A DNA stretch of 62,683 nucleotides, filler included, from Moniliella sp. 'wahieum' (Eukaryota): assembly GCA_003971905.1 (NCBI GenBank). It is 3 parts of 3 records of this genome, joined end to end, with 100 filler letters (N's around TTAATTAATTAA, not from the genome) between each part and the next. Parts side by side here need not be neighbours in the genome. Positions count along the whole stretch, not along the records: positions 28,673 to 51,922 come from RSEE01000184.1; 2 more parts are not named here. One strand, written 5' to 3'. Every line of letters begins with the position of its first letter. Positions within the stretch are counted from its first letter, which is position 1. Made by a program: the position numbers and the translations under genes. This document shows, one piece after another, positions 38,723 to 51,912 of this stretch. Below the pieces are notes generated by a model, which had not been told where the DNA came from, ran no database searches, and was given only the letters and a program-made list of their open reading frames with translations.

Positions 38723-39876
38723 TCATTGATGGTCGAAGCAGAGAAAAGACCGGCTAGGCGCCGTGGTTACGCGTGATGTCTGGACCATGGGACCAGTGGC
38801 ACTGATGGGCGGGTGGATGAGACCGGTGAGGTCGATGAGCAAGGGTAGCTGGACAGCGTGATAAGGCACCAATGCCCAGCAGCCGCAAGAAAGCTCGAGG
38901 ACAGTGTTTTCATGGGGTACAAAGGCGGGTGCCTCACGCCCAGCCATTGCAGCCTCGGAGCTCAGGTGGAGCTGATCCATTCAATATTCACCATCTTGAA
39001 CGGACCCAGCGAGTCTTGTAGCAAAGTATACGTCTTGCAACAACTGGGAAGCGCCGGGGCTAATAATGGCAAAAGGGTTGTATGATAGTACTACCTCCGC
39101 CGTGAATGTCCCCTCCATTTTGTAGACACGGGGAAGGGAATGGAAGCAGTGACCCGCGCAGTGGCGAGCCTGGGGGGTGCAATAAGGCTCTCGTGCAACC
39201 CCACAGTGACGTTGACAGCAAGTTGGTGAGAGGCTTGGGAAGGGCGAAGCGAAGTGCGGCCTGCGCCGGAATCGGAACGAGGTTCGCGGCGAGTACGTTA
39301 AGAAAGCGTGTGGGTTTTCATTGAAGGTCGAGCGGACCAAGTCTTGGTAGGGGTGTTCCCGCAGCCTCTAGGGGAATATAAGCGCTGGCCGATGTGGGCG
39401 GCTGGCGGAAGTCAGAACTGGCTCCGTTCGTGGGCTTATACTGGTGATGTTAGAGGAAATGGAAAGTTGTGTTAGTACTTTCCCAAAATAGGGAGACAGA
39501 AAGGCGTGTCTTCCCCGTGTCCTGTTACCGTGCGCCTATTCTGGCTGTTGGGACACAAGAACCCCTCTACAGGGTTAAACGTGTCCTCGTTCTTCCATAC
39601 CTCTGCAGTGCAAGGGACTGGTCTGTGGGTATCGGCAGGATTAACCACTACTGCATTACTCGCCCTCATCGGCCCCGTAAAGCGTAACCCTCCATTTGCC
39701 GTGACTGTGTGAACAGCGACGCGGGGGCAGAGGCAAAAGTCCCATCGAAGTCATCGGCGCCAGCCATGGCGAGACCTGCCGTTTGCGCCCTGGCCTACAT
39801 GGGCGCTGTCGGAGCGGTCAGCAAAACCACGGTGACCATCGCAAGGACAGAAGCAACAATGGCGACGATACGCGAT
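38723..39876 (-). CDS. Possible secreted Cys-containing protein (heavily frameshifted)
   Basis: Signal-peptide-like 'RIVAIVASVLAMVTVVLLTAP' (its ATG needs an indel correction), followed by co-oriented Cys-containing fragments. Confidence 0.3.
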
Positions 39877-40807
39877 GCCGTCCGTCGGTGTCGGCAGGCT
39901 CGGCGTAGCCAAGCTCAGTACTCAGTAGGCTCCGTTGGTGCTTGCTGCTAGCGATGGTCAGTGCCACATGGTGTCAGCCTGGCGAGAGCCAGCTGGATGT
40001 TAGCGCGAGTGCAGGCTGAGTGGTAGGTAATATTACATTTGAGTGTTGGGCACGTGTGCTTTCGACCAGGCAAGGGCGGGTACAGGCTCCCTGAGGTGAC
40101 GGCACACCGGTCAGCATCAGCCGAGAGATGCACAGTGAATGGGGCGGTGGAGCAGGGGCAGGCAGTGGCCCAGTGCTCAGTGGCGCAGGCGGCAGGTACG
40201 CAATGGGACGACGTGCGCAACGCACTGGTCATCGCAACCGAGTCGGCGTGTTGGCCTGGTTGGGGCCGGGTGGTCGCAATCTGCCGCAGGCATGGCATGT
40301 GACATGCATGTGATACGCCTCCTACCTGCCTCGATTCCTCGGCCGCGCTCGAGTGTGCTGCAGCCTGCTGCTTCTCCCGAGCGCCTCGCTGCTGCTACGC
40401 GCTAATGCACTTAGCGCTGACACGTGACCACAAAAGCGCTGGGCAGCCACAGTTCTATCTTATCGACATGCCACACCCACTCACCCGCCATCAGCCGTCG
40501 ACACCCACACCGCTGACGCTCGCCTTCTGCGTCCTGGTCTCACTGGTGGCGTGCTAGCGCGTAGGCATTATATTGGCTACGTATGCTTGCGAAGACGCCT
40601 AAGATCTAACCATTGATCGGCTCGCGTCCTGTATCCCCCCAAGTCCACCCGCCTGCCTTCCTCGCCGCCAGCCCACCCCACTCGTTTTGCCGCCCCATTC
40701 CTTGTCCCTCGCCCGCGTTCCCGCCCCTTTCCCTTCCAACTCCCTCTCCCTCTTCTCCCCCTCCCCCCCCCCCCCCCCCCCCTCCCACCCCCCCTCCCAC
40801 CCTCGCT

Positions 40808-42190
40808 ATGTCCCTGCTGTCCTTCGCCCCCTCCTCGTGGCCCTCGCTTCCATCGCAGCGGTGGTAGCGCTTCCTCCTCCCCGCGTGCCGGCTTGGTCGC
40901 GCGCGACGCGTCCACGGTCATGTCTGGTGGCAAGAGCAACGAGGGGAGAGGACCACAATCCCGTCTCTGTCCCCGCCGGCTCCCTCCGTCCTGACCACCC
41001 TTCCCATTGGCACGGCCGGCGACCAAATCAATGTCTTTTGGTCCACCCGCTCTTCTTCCAACCTTCTCGCCGAGCAGGCTTTGTCATGGTCCACGGCCGT
41101 CTGCGCAATGGCAACGGTACTGGCAAACCATGGAGAATGCGCTGGTGACCGCCATCAATGCCAGCATCCCCGGGGCCAACGTCAACTCGATCGTCACGGG
41201 CGCCACAGTACTATTCACCATCTTCAATTCGGGAGAGTATGCAGACAATGTGCTTGCCTGGGGCGACGTCAATGCGTGGCAGGCGGGTGAGATTGCGACC
41301 CACCCCAGTGTGGACCAAGTCATCCGCGTTCGATGTGCTGGATGCGTTTGTCACGAGTTTAGCAACAGGACCAAGTACCCCGCCATGAAGAACGTGACGC
41401 TGGTCGGGCACGGGGGCGGGGGGGCAGCTGATGCAACGCTATGCCGTCTTGGCAACGATCCTCCCTCAAACATCCATGTTCGTTACATTTACGGCGACCC
41501 TTCATCCAGTCTGTACTTTACCCAAGACCGACCCGCTGTCGACCCCTCGATCGCAAACAAGACGACTGCCGTGGTTTGATTACTTCCGGTACGGGTTTTT
41601 CGAACTTTACCGACATCGTGCCCACTGGAGGCAAGGCGCCGATTGAGTATTCGCCAAGTACACCCAACGCGATGTCGTGTCCATGATCGGGCTGCAAGAC
41701 GTGGATGCGTCCGGGACCAGTACTGCATGGCCAAGCTGCAAGGCGGGAACAAGCGACGCGACCGCAACTTGGCATACTGGAAGTACATCAACACCCTCGC
41801 CGGCACCGACTTTGACATGACTGGCTTCAATGCCACCTATACCAACTTGCCTGACTGGAGCAACGTTACCCAGCACTCCATTGCCCACCGGTTGATTGTG
41901 ATTGAACAGGCCGACCACGACCCAACTTGGTCTTTGGCTCGGCCGAAGGCCGCGCTGCCCTGTTTTTCGTCGAGTCATTACCTACTGGATGGAGCCGGCG
42001 GGATGGAGTGCCAACGCCACGGTTTCTGCGCAGGGCCACACTACCACCACCTCTTCATTCCCCTCCTCAAGTAATTCACCTACGCCCTCTGGCACAACAA
42101 ACCTTCCATGCCGCTGCTTTCTCGCCCCCCCCATTCTTGACCGCGCTCCTCTTCACAGGTTCAGCCGCTGGGGCGGTGGCCTTGTTCTAA
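40808..42190 (+). CDS. Secreted, probably GPI-anchored alpha/beta-hydrolase-fold protein lacking the nucleophile Ser
   Basis: Signal 'MSLLSFAPLLVALASIAAVVA'; 'FVMVHGRLRNG..YW', 'AWGDVNAWQAG', 'SSAFDVLDAF', 'YPAMKNVTLVGHGGGGQLMQRYA', 'VRYIYGDPSSSLYF', 'GDQYCMAKLQGG..RRDRN', 'IEQADHD'; S/T-rich linker and hydrophobic C-terminus. Confidence 0.8.
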
Positions 42191-43585
42191 GCTCCTAAAG
42201 AAAACTATCTCAACTTGATGGCACATCCTCTTTGCCACTTCTTTTTCCTGCTTGTTTCTATGCCACGCTCGTTTGCTACAACTTTCTTCCTCTATCCACG
42301 TTCACAGTGTAAACCTGACGTCTCTTTGATTTGGTTTGTTTTGTTACGTTCTTTTTTGCTTTGCTGATCTCGCCGTGTCTGCAATAGAGGCTGCGCCTCT
42401 CTGCAGTTTCTTACACGGAGGGTCGTTTTTTTGCTGGTTGTTTCGGTTCCACTATTACTACCCTTGCCACGGACTACAATTTCCCTTTTTCTCTTCTATT
42501 GCCCCTCCCATCTCTTGTTGCCTCTGCTGGGCCCTTGTTGTTCTCACACCATGAACTTTTGTCCAGGGGCGTAGCTCCTGGTGTGTGCTATGGATGTTTT
42601 CTATCGTGTCCGTTCAAACTCATCCAAGTGTGCGACAGATACAAAGAGTAAGGGTGCGACGGAGGTGGGGGGGTGAACGGTGATGGACACGCTTTTTGTA
42701 TCTGCGGTCATTCCCTTCCGGAGGAAGACAAGGAGGATGGGATTTTGAGGAGAGGTTGATATATATGGCGAAGTCGTCTGGCGGTGTCGCTGACCTGATT
42801 AGTGGTTGTGAAAGCTAGACCGTAGAGTTGCCGCGCGCAGGCCTGCAGGCCACTTGCGCACCCTCGTCCCATTAGTTGTACTGTCCCCTCTTCGCCACCA
42901 CCTCTCCTTCCTCTTCCCTTACCTCTCGCTCACCTGGTTACTTTTGATTCATCATGACCCGCCGCTGATTGTTCTGTGCTTTAGAGACTAATAGTAGGTA
43001 TCTCCCAGATCAGAGTCTTTCCATGTGACTATACAGCCGTACAGTATGCTATGAGAGGTATAGGTTCGTATATAATAGCCAACAACCGTGGAACAGAAGA
43101 GGTAGTGTCCAAGCGGATAACTATCAACAAGATGCCTACCATACATGATTATTACGCAGGCTGCCCATTGGGGTGTCGCCTCAACACACTGTTTGCGCTC
43201 ACCTCGTTTCCCGAGCTCCTGTTTCATGCGCGCCCCTATGTTTTTCGTTTAGCCCCGCGGGGAGATGCAGGGGGATGTGTGGAGTCCGTACGCGATCGAC
43301 GCGGTGGACCACCAAAGGGGGGTTGTTCGATGAGCATGAAAACAGTCGTGATGGCCACGGCTGCAGAGGGGGGGCGGGAGGTGCGAAGCACTTTGATTTA
43401 TGACGCGGTGCGCCTTCATTCGATGATGATTCTGTCATCAAGCTGTACTGGGCGGAAACAATGTCTATGTGGCATCCGTACTGCCATCACACCGACATAC
43501 CTCAGTCCACACTCTCCCCGACAGATTGTGGTATTCATTCCCCGCATCCACATCCACACCTTCCCCCACCCACAGCAACCGACAG

Positions 43586-46500
43586 CTAGAATCCCAGTCC
43601 GCCTTTGGTTACCTTGACTGTGGCCGAGATGGGCTCGGTGATACCCTGCTGCCTGCCCAGGCCCGCCCCTCCTGCCAGCCCATCAAGGCCAACATGCGAT
43701 AGCCTGTATTCTCCGACCCAATCTGGTCCGCCCCCGACCCCACCTGCGTTCCTTCACGGTTGCGCGGTGCCGACGCTAGGCCCTTGAGACCAGTGATCCC
43801 AGTCCCATTCGTATCAAGGATGCGTTGGATGCCCGCTGCGCCCTTGCGATCGGCGCTTAGCGCATTGGCAAGTACCCGCGCCACAGCTTTCCCGTCCACC
43901 CGCGGTGCTTGCGGAGTAGGTCCCAGCGCAGAGGAAGGTAGACTCACCACGCTGTACCGTAAATCGCCTTTGCCATGCGACTTGCTCGTCAGACCATACG
44001 CGCGCGCAAGTTGATGCAAAGCGCACGCGCGGCCTTGTGCATAGGTGGGAAAGTCAGGGGAGCATGGTTCGGTTGCTCATCCAAGTTCTTGTTCTTCCAC
44101 TGGATGGGGCCCTTCTTGGTTCGGATACTGGCATGCAGCCTAGCCAGATCTTCGTTCGCCTTGAGCAGTTGCGCATGGAGCGTCACCGTTTCCGGGAGCG
44201 ACTCGGCAGACGAAGATAGTCCCTCAGCATCGGCCGCTTCGATTCCATTGGCGTTCAGAGCAGAAGGACGTTGCTGGGTAGTCAGTGGTTGGCGTTGAGT
44301 TTTGTTCAATCTCTGGATCCCCTGTGCTTCCCCTGCAGCCTTGACGGGCGCTTGGACCAATGCGGTGCGAGGCGTCCTTGTGGCAGCCTTCGATTCCCGG
44401 TTCGCAGCCGATTGCACCAGCAGGCCCTGCAGCCATTCATCTGCATCTGTAACGTCCGAGCTTCGGAAGGCATCTTGGTTCTCCAGCGCCGCGGTACCCA
44501 CGGCCGCTGTTCGAGCGAATGGCGGAGCCGATGGTTTGGCCACTTCATTCGGGCCGGCTAACATGACAGAATTAGTCAGGCGCACCAAAGAAGTCAACGC
44601 GGGGAACAACGTACCTTGTCGAGCTTTCGCGTTGGCCTTGCCACCAGGACCCAGATCACCACCATTTCCAATGTTGCGCGTCTTTTTCTGATCGGACCGA
44701 CGAGCCAACTGGGACGGATCCATGGCGGTCCCATTGACCCAGGCATTATGACCTTGAATTGGACCTCGAGTGCGCGAACGATCATCCACCTCCTCAAGTT
44801 CGCTCTCCTCTTCGGTTTGGAGCCCAGAAAAGGCTTGTCAGAGTCATCCCGATCATTCGACTCATCCATCTCATCCGTCTCATCCGACTCATCTAGGCCC
44901 CCGATTCATCTGAATCCTCCGACGCAGGGAACCCGTCCTTGTCCTGCTCGGCCCCTGAGAAGCCGTTCCCATTGGATTGGGAACATGGGACGACATGCTC
45001 TATTCCCAATGACCCCTCACGACCCAAAGGCCGTTGAGGACCCATGCCATGTAAGAATCCCGGCATGAGATTTCTACCCCCCGTGGTTTGGACCGAGTCG
45101 AGGCCATGCCTCGTCGTCCGTATCATCTCCTCCTCCTCCGTCGATCCATCCCCAACGTTGCCATCGCTCGCTGCCCCAGCATCGCCCAGTGCCATGGACT
45201 GGACGAGGGCCAACAAGACAGCCCCTTGGTCCTGCTGCACCGAACGCACAGTGTCCTGATTCAACTTGGACCCATTCGCCTCCCCGGAGAAGGTGGAACC
45301 GGGTACATCCCGATCACAGGCTCTATCCATCTCTTCTTGGGCCATCCCGAGTTTCACGTCCGGCTCGCGCTCGCGATCTGGGGTTCGAGATGGCGGGGCC
45401 TGGTGTGGGTTGCTTGGTTCCGAGCTCGATTGCTGCGTAGCAGCGGGGGCAGACCCTACAACAGCCTCTGACACAATAGAACCGGGTCGGACCGAGGCCG
45501 AGTCCGCCGGCTCATCAAGCATATGCTGGCTTGCTGTTGTTGAATCGGGCCCAGAACCTGCTGGTCCCGCCAGTGGAGGGGCAAGAACAGCACATTGGGA
45601 TCCATGAGGACCCTGCGCACCCAGGATGAAGTCCATTCCCTTACCAGGAGAAGACGGTGCGTCGCGTGGCTTCCCACCTTTTGTACTTGGGTTGTTCCCA
45701 ACTCGCATTTCGTCGGTTCGTGGATCCAATAAGGAAGGGAGCTTCGTACCACCCCTTGTTGTAGTGGGCATAATTGGTTCGGGTACGACGGCCTCGGGTA
45801 CGGACGGGATGGGAAGGCCCCTTACAGACTCAGGGACGGCGTGGCTCGCAGGTGCCGGGGAAGCACCCAACGTCGGAAACGGGGTGGGAGGGGAGGGATG
45901 AGCGAAGCGGAGGCACTAATAGGAGGGGGAGCAAGAGGAAGCGGCATCGAAACGGACGCGAACAGCTCTTCCAGAGAGATGGTTGTTGGCTCGACCGAGG
46001 GGGGTTCAAGCATCGGTTCCCCTTTCTGGCCAGGAGGGCTGTCCAGAAAGGGAAGAGGCGCCATGGGACGGCCAATGTACTGTTCCGTTCCGGGCACAGG
46101 CTCCTGCCCGGGGAAAAGACAATAGGCCCCGTTCTTCCATTCGCCACGTGCTTTGACAAAGACGGGTGGAGGGCCGCGATCTTGGACCGGGCCGGTGGTC
46201 CATCCAGCGCCAAGGCCCGTGTGGAGAGTGGTTCGCACGTCGTTGGACCGCTGCGTCGCACGCTCCCCACGAGCTGCAGGGGGTCGACGGGCGGCGAGGG
46301 GATCGGTGGGCACACGCGGGACGGCGGCAGGTCCGGCGTCCTCGGCAGCGGTAGTGGCGCCCGAGTCAGTAGCGTTAAGGTTGATGTTGCGACGCCGACG
46401 GGCATGTTGGTTGAGGGACGTGTAGTCGAGGCTGTATGCCCATGCGCCGTTTACATACGCTCGGCCCCCGACGGGTTTCCTGCTGCTGGTGGTTGCCGAC

Positions 46501-46610
46501 GGGCGCGAGGACGTGCTGGCACCGCGTGCCTTGCTCGCACCGCCACGCCCGCTGCGCCCGCCGCGCCCGCCTCGTCCGCGGAATGCGCCGCGTGTGTTGG
46601 GAGTTGCCAT
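43586..46610 (-). CDS. SQS1: R3H + G-patch domain protein, Sqs1/Pfa1-like (frameshifted)
   Basis: RGG-rich N-terminus; R3H 'LTFPPMHKAAR..HQLARAYGLTSKSHGKGDLRY'; G-patch 'GTQVGSGADQIGSENTGYRMLALMGWQEG..GITEPI..KGGLG'. Confidence 0.85.
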
Positions 46611-47198
46611 TGTGGTGGGAAGCGAGGCGGCGCAGGTTGCCGTGGAGAGCGGTGGTGGTCAGTCGGAGAGACGGCTGAGTGGCTGCGGCCGGCGGAGGCT
46701 AGGCTGGGAAGGCGGCCGCCGGGGCGTGCGAGCCGCGGGTTGCTTCTTTCATTTTGGGGGCTGGGCTGGCGCTGAGGCGTGCCAGTTAAGGGAATGACAA
46801 ATGACGTCAGTATCAGTGTCGCACGTGGAATAGCGGTCGCGTCACCCATCACACGCCACCCATCAGCACATCAGCGGAAGCAGCTGCCAGCGCAGCATGC
46901 ATCCACCTGAGCCCCTCCTCTCAGACCTCAGCTGAGCCTCCCATCTCAGACGCCTCCGACTCACACCCGCAGCATGAAACTCACGACCACCTACGACGCC
47001 CAGCCCGCGGCCCACCTCTCCCAGGGCGCGCGCTGCTGCCGGAGTGGGTCTGGTCTGATCTAGCAGCTGGCTCCATTCTACTTTTCCTGTGGCGGCCCAC
47101 ATTGGCGATGACAAGCGTCCCAGCGCCCAATCGTTAGCGGTGCCTAGATGCCCAGGACAGGCCACCATGCGCGCCATCGCATCCTTGGGCCTTGCCGG

Positions 47199-47847
47199 TT
47201 ACCGTCCATCTTGCGCCAAGTCCACATCAACGTCCATGTGCCCCGGTCCTTCCAGGTCCCAGCCTGCCTGCGCTGGTGTCAGAAAGTCCTCCTTGTCAGG
47301 CAGGAATCCGCGCTCAGTGTTCAAGACTAGCCAACGAGGTTAGGTTAATGGCAACCAGATCCGGTTAGTATTGGGTCCGACCTGTTTCTCTGCCTTCCAG
47401 TCAAAGGGACCACGTACACTCCTTCTTCGTTTTCCTCAGCCTTCGCGAGCATGGATTTTTTCATCATGTCCTGGGAATTCATCACGGCAAATGTGTCGGG
47501 GGAGAGATCGCCATCCACCAAGAGCGCAGCCAAGCGGGGATTGTTGGAGGTGAGGGTGACAATATGGGCACGGACCGCTTGCCGGTAGGCTTCAAGCGGT
47601 TAAGGCGCCGTGTTCCTTGACCAGTTCCTCTGCTTCCGTCTCGCCTTTTTCTTCAGCGGCAGGGCGGGCATGTTCGAGAGATAGGTCCCGCCCGTACCGC
47701 TCAAACTGGCTGCTTCAATGCGACTGGCAAGAACTGAGGTGGAACAATCATCGACTCGGGTAATACACCTTCCTTTGCCGCACCCGCTTCAATAGCCTTG
47801 AGGAGTGCATCACGCGACTTGGCACGTACGGTGTTTGTGTCGGCCAT
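47199..47847 (-). CDS. Small protein with only a TFIIS central-domain-like region
   Basis: 'NTVRAKSRDALLKAI', 'AYRQAVRAHIVTLTSNNPRLAALLVDGDLSPDTFAVMNSQDM' resemble the TFIIS domain II pattern (Y..R....NL....NP.L...VL.G.I.P.....M...EM). No zinc ribbon or RSADE motif seen. Confidence 0.5.
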
Positions 47848-50653
47848 GGCGTCCTAATGCAACTCTTGGAAGGTGATGTTTGTGGACGTGGAAACAGAGA
47901 GGTGGTGGTGGTGGTGGTGTGGTGGTGGTGGTGGTGGTGGTAATGACCTGAATAGTTCGATCCCTCAGCAGAAGGACCATGGTTGAAGACAGGACGGGCT
48001 AGGCCGTCATGACGTCATGCATGTGACGCCTTCGTACTCGACTGCTGAGTGGCTGAGCGCTGAGTCTCAGCGCTGAGCCCATGTAAGCTCTTGATTATTT
48101 TGCGATGTCAGTAATCACGGCCAACCTGATCGACCTTCGGTCTGATCCCACTCCGGCAGTTGATCGACGCGGGTCCTGAGATGTATTGATGCGTCCGCGA
48201 AAGGGGATGGCTAGCTGGCCCGACTGGAAACTCTCCCTGCCCACGTGAGTGACTACTACTCACAGCACGGATGATTTGGAGCCAACAGCTGTGTTTTTAA
48301 GTCAAGCAACGGCTGGTCCGTGAGCCATTTCGAGCGGTTGCTGCCCGGGCACCTACCTCTCGGGTTGCAGCCGTGGGCCGTCGCTCCGCAACAGTACCAC
48401 ACCCCTCCTGATCCGACGCTCCCCGGCCGCTGTGGGGGGTGGATTTGGTCTGGGGATGAGCATCTCCCCCGGACCGCGCGCGCCAATGATGAATACCACC
48501 CTCAATGTCCACCGATCCAGTTCCCACTTGCTAGGCCACTGCACCGTCCCAACCCAGAACAGCTCGCCTCTTCTAGGATAGCCGCGGCGTACGTAACGCA
48601 AGCGGCCTCCATCGCCCAGACTAACTCTTCGCGACGCACGATGGCCAGAGCACAGTCACAACGGCCAAGTAGAACCACTCGGATTGCGTCTTTGCTACCA
48701 CCAGCTGCCTCCCTCCTGTTCAACATCCCATCCCGCCCTCATGTCGTTCAGGCACTTGGATAGGCATCCCATATTCCACGATCAACTCGTCTCCCTGGCT
48801 CTTAGGCATGGATCAGGGGTAAAGCCGTGTTGTAAGGTGCCGTTGCTATGCATTACGCGTGGACTGATCACTTGGGAGGATGAACGTACGAACGAAGAAA
48901 AACCGGGCAACCTATGAGTGCGGTAATGTCAGTCGCAAACCAGAGTCAATATCCAGACAAGCACGCCCCACACGACGACGCCATCAGAACAACGGGACGA
49001 TGAGCATACGCTGCACCAGTCCAGCCCACGAGGCCTTGGCACCCGCACATCTCACTATGTTGTCTGGCTCCTCTGCCCTCGGCCCCAACAATCGGCGGCG
49101 TGATGAGGATGACGATCTCCGATCAACCTCACCATTTGAGGGCCATGACATGCTCTCAATGGAGTCCTGATGGCAAGGTTGATGCCAGCTGACCCGCATC
49201 CGTTTTGGGAATGTAAATCGTCTGTGCCAGTGGTGCAGCTTATGGCCAAACAGCACAGTACCCGCAGTGCTGGCACTCCCTCCATCGGCGCTTTGAACGA
49301 CTCACTGGGGCAGGCGCTGACGCGACGACTTGATGCACTGCATGAGTGCGTGACCTCCCGTTCCTGCGTCTGACAAAAGCCACATGGTCAGCACTTGGGC
49401 CCAGCACAGAATATGAACCGCATACAGGCATTTCCACCAACAACGTTAGCGCGCTGGCTTCATCCTGGATTGGTAGTCCAGTCAGAGAGGTGTGCCCTCA
49501 ACCAATCGTGCCATCAGGGGCGATCAGCAGCAGCACCGTTTCTTATCCTGCTGGTCCACACACCACCATGGCTAACCCACATTCCCCGGCTTGAAAGTGA
49601 CGATCTGCAGATGCGTGGCCCCTTGTTCATCGGCACCAGATCGTGCCAGAAGCTGTGATGACTCCACCCACGTCTTGATATTGGACCTCAAATTCTTGCG
49701 ACGCTTGTGTGTTCTGAGGACAGCAAATACCAGCAAAGAAATCATCCGCAAGCGGTGGTACTTTGTTTGGGGTGCTGCTAGCCTTGGAGGTGCGCACTAC
49801 GCATATTGCTGGCAATCGAAAGGGAGCGCCCAATCGCTGCTACTGCCATCGCTGAATCCAGTTCTCGGCACCCATGGGTGGGCCGCCTTCAGCTTGTTTT
49901 GCCTTCCGCTGCACGGCGATGATGTTGCTAAATGGCCATGCCACCTCCCTCTTTCTAGACGTTCCGAGTAGACACAGTTGTAGCACGGTCCCTTGTCTTC
50001 CGAGTTCGGTGGGGGCGAGGACTTGCTGCAAGAACTCCATGTATGCAGCCGATGAGTAAGCTGACTTTCGGCATGTCCTTTTTGGGACGTGTGTCGGTGG
50101 GTGAAAGGAATGCGAATGGTCTCGATGCTTCGCGCCGGGTTGGTACAAATAACGCTCACAGTTGAACCAAGCGGAGATAAGGATGAAATGCTCAGCAGCC
50201 CCTCTGGAAACGAACATGCTCGTGGGCACTCATCCATCCTGTTTGTTTTGAGAGGATTGTTTTGAGAGGAGAGGATTGAGCGCCTGCTTCGGCGAATGGA
50301 GCCCTGGCTTTGCACCCACGATACCTCGAAGGCCTCACATTGGCCACGCCGCCGAGGTCAGCAGGGCCAACGCGCATGCTGAAGTGCTGACCGGAACAAT
50401 GCCTTGGCATAGGCGGTGGTGGTGGTGGTGGGGCAAAGGGAGCAGGCGGACAGCCCAGACCAACAGCGACGCCAACCCTGTCGATGCACGTGCACGGGCT
50501 TATGCGGCAGTAGGGTTAGGATTAGAGTAAGCTCCACTGGGTTGGTGCAGAGCAGGCGGGCCTTAGCTAGGATCAGACCATCTTGGATCCGACGCGGCCC
50601 GTAACAGCTGCAGTACATTCACAAGTGACACGGAGCCTGTTCTCACGTTACAG

Positions 50654-51303
50654 TTGGAAGATTTGCTCAAAAAGGCCAATAACCGCACCGAAGAACGCCA
50701 TGTCCCACTGACCAGAAGAGCGCTACATTCACACTCGCCCCCCAACTCTGAGCTGTCGTTGGCATTCTCCTCTCTCATGGTCTCACCCCAGCGCATGGGC
50801 CAGACCCGAGACGCGTCGATGCACGTGGGCCAAGAGGAGGCCTTTGCGAAATTGGAGGTGGACGAGGCCGAGGCGGCCAAGGAATTGTTGGACGAGGAGG
50901 AGGCTGCGACAGGATTGGACAATAAGGGCCAGGAGAGAAATCAATCGTCCTCGTCGTTCGCCCCCTACGCCCCCTTTGCCTCCTTTTCCCTTTCGCCCCC
51001 ATCGGGATCAGAGTCGTACTATTGGACTTATTGAACTCATCCGAAAAGATGGTTGCATCTCCCTCTTCTTTCCCGGTCCCGTCCCCGACCATCAGTGCTC
51101 AGGCCCGTGCCTCGTCGATGGAAGTGGGCAGAGAAGAGGCGCCCCTGCGATTGGACGAGGAGGCGTCTACCGAATTGGATGAGGAGGCGTCTACCGAATT
51201 GAACGAAGAGGCCGCCACGGAACTAGACGAGGACCAGGGAAAGGCAGACACAATGATTCCTAGTGTTTGCTCTACTTCATCCTCCTGCATGTCAGGACCC
51301 TAG
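50654..51303 (+). CDS. Subtelomeric hypothetical acidic protein with 24-bp internal repeats
   Basis: Two overlapping ORFs with 'LDEEASTE-LDEEASTE-LNEEAATE-LDE' repeats (~51151-51235). May be degenerate. Confidence 0.3.
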
Positions 51304-51432
51304 ACATATGTTATTGAAATCAATTGCAGGCTGGCAATTATTGATCGGCTCCGCCTGACGTCCAAAATCAATATTGATTTTGAGATGACCCGGGTTGAGC
51401 CTGAGCGATGACCTATGACGTAGTCATCACCC

Positions 51433-51860
51433 GTCGAGGCCATCGGAGGGCGGTTGGGTTGGGTTGGGTTGGGTAGGGTTAGGGATGGGTGGGTGTAACT
51501 TGTCAACGGTGCGTCCAATCGAGAAACGGAGGCCATATGCTGCATAGAGCGGACGATTTCCTAGCGAGCTATCGTCGTCGAGGCCATCGGAGGGTGGGTG
51601 TTTGTGGGTCGGGTTGGGTAGGGTTAGGGATGGGTGGGTGTAACTTGTCAACGGTGCGTCCAATCGAGAAACGAGGCCATATGCTGCATAGAGCGGACGA
51701 TTTCGTAGCGAGCTATCGTCGAGGCCATCGGAGGGTGGGTGGGGGGGTGGGGTGTGGGTAGGGTTAGGGATGGGTGGGTGTAACTTGTCAACGGTGCGTC
51801 CAATCGAGAACGGAGGCATATGCTGCATAGCGGACGATTTTATAGCGAGCTAATCGCCTC
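51433..51860 (+). repeat. Telomere-associated tandem repeat, ~3 copies of a 141-144-bp unit
   Basis: Units start GTCGAGGCCATCGGAGGG at 51433, 51577 and 51718. Each contains GGGTAGGGTTAGGGATGGGTGGGTG followed by a conserved TAACTTGTCAACGGTGCGTCCAATCGAGAA core. Confidence 0.92.
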
Positions 51861-51912
51861 GGCATAACTCTCTCCCCTTCGGGTAGCTCGCTATCTACCC
51901 TCGGCCCTCCCC

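Noticed and set aside
43051..43617. 188-aa plus-strand ORF downstream of SQS1
   Set aside because: No recognisable motif, and it overlaps the SQS1 3' end. It cannot be supported as a gene.
271..47847. Cluster of apparent pseudogenes or programmed frameshifting in host genes
   Set aside because: It affects essential housekeeping genes indiscriminately, with no shared slippery motif and often in homopolymers. Sequencing error is far more parsimonious.
48250..50620. Possible subtelomeric helicase or transposon remnant
   Set aside because: Only short ORFs on both strands, with no helicase, RT or transposase motif that I can recognise.
51433..51860. CRISPR-like array or hammerhead ribozyme tandem
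   Set aside because: Eukaryotic context with no cas genes. Units are near-identical over ~140 bp with no unique spacers, and no CUGANGA..GAAA core is found on either strand.
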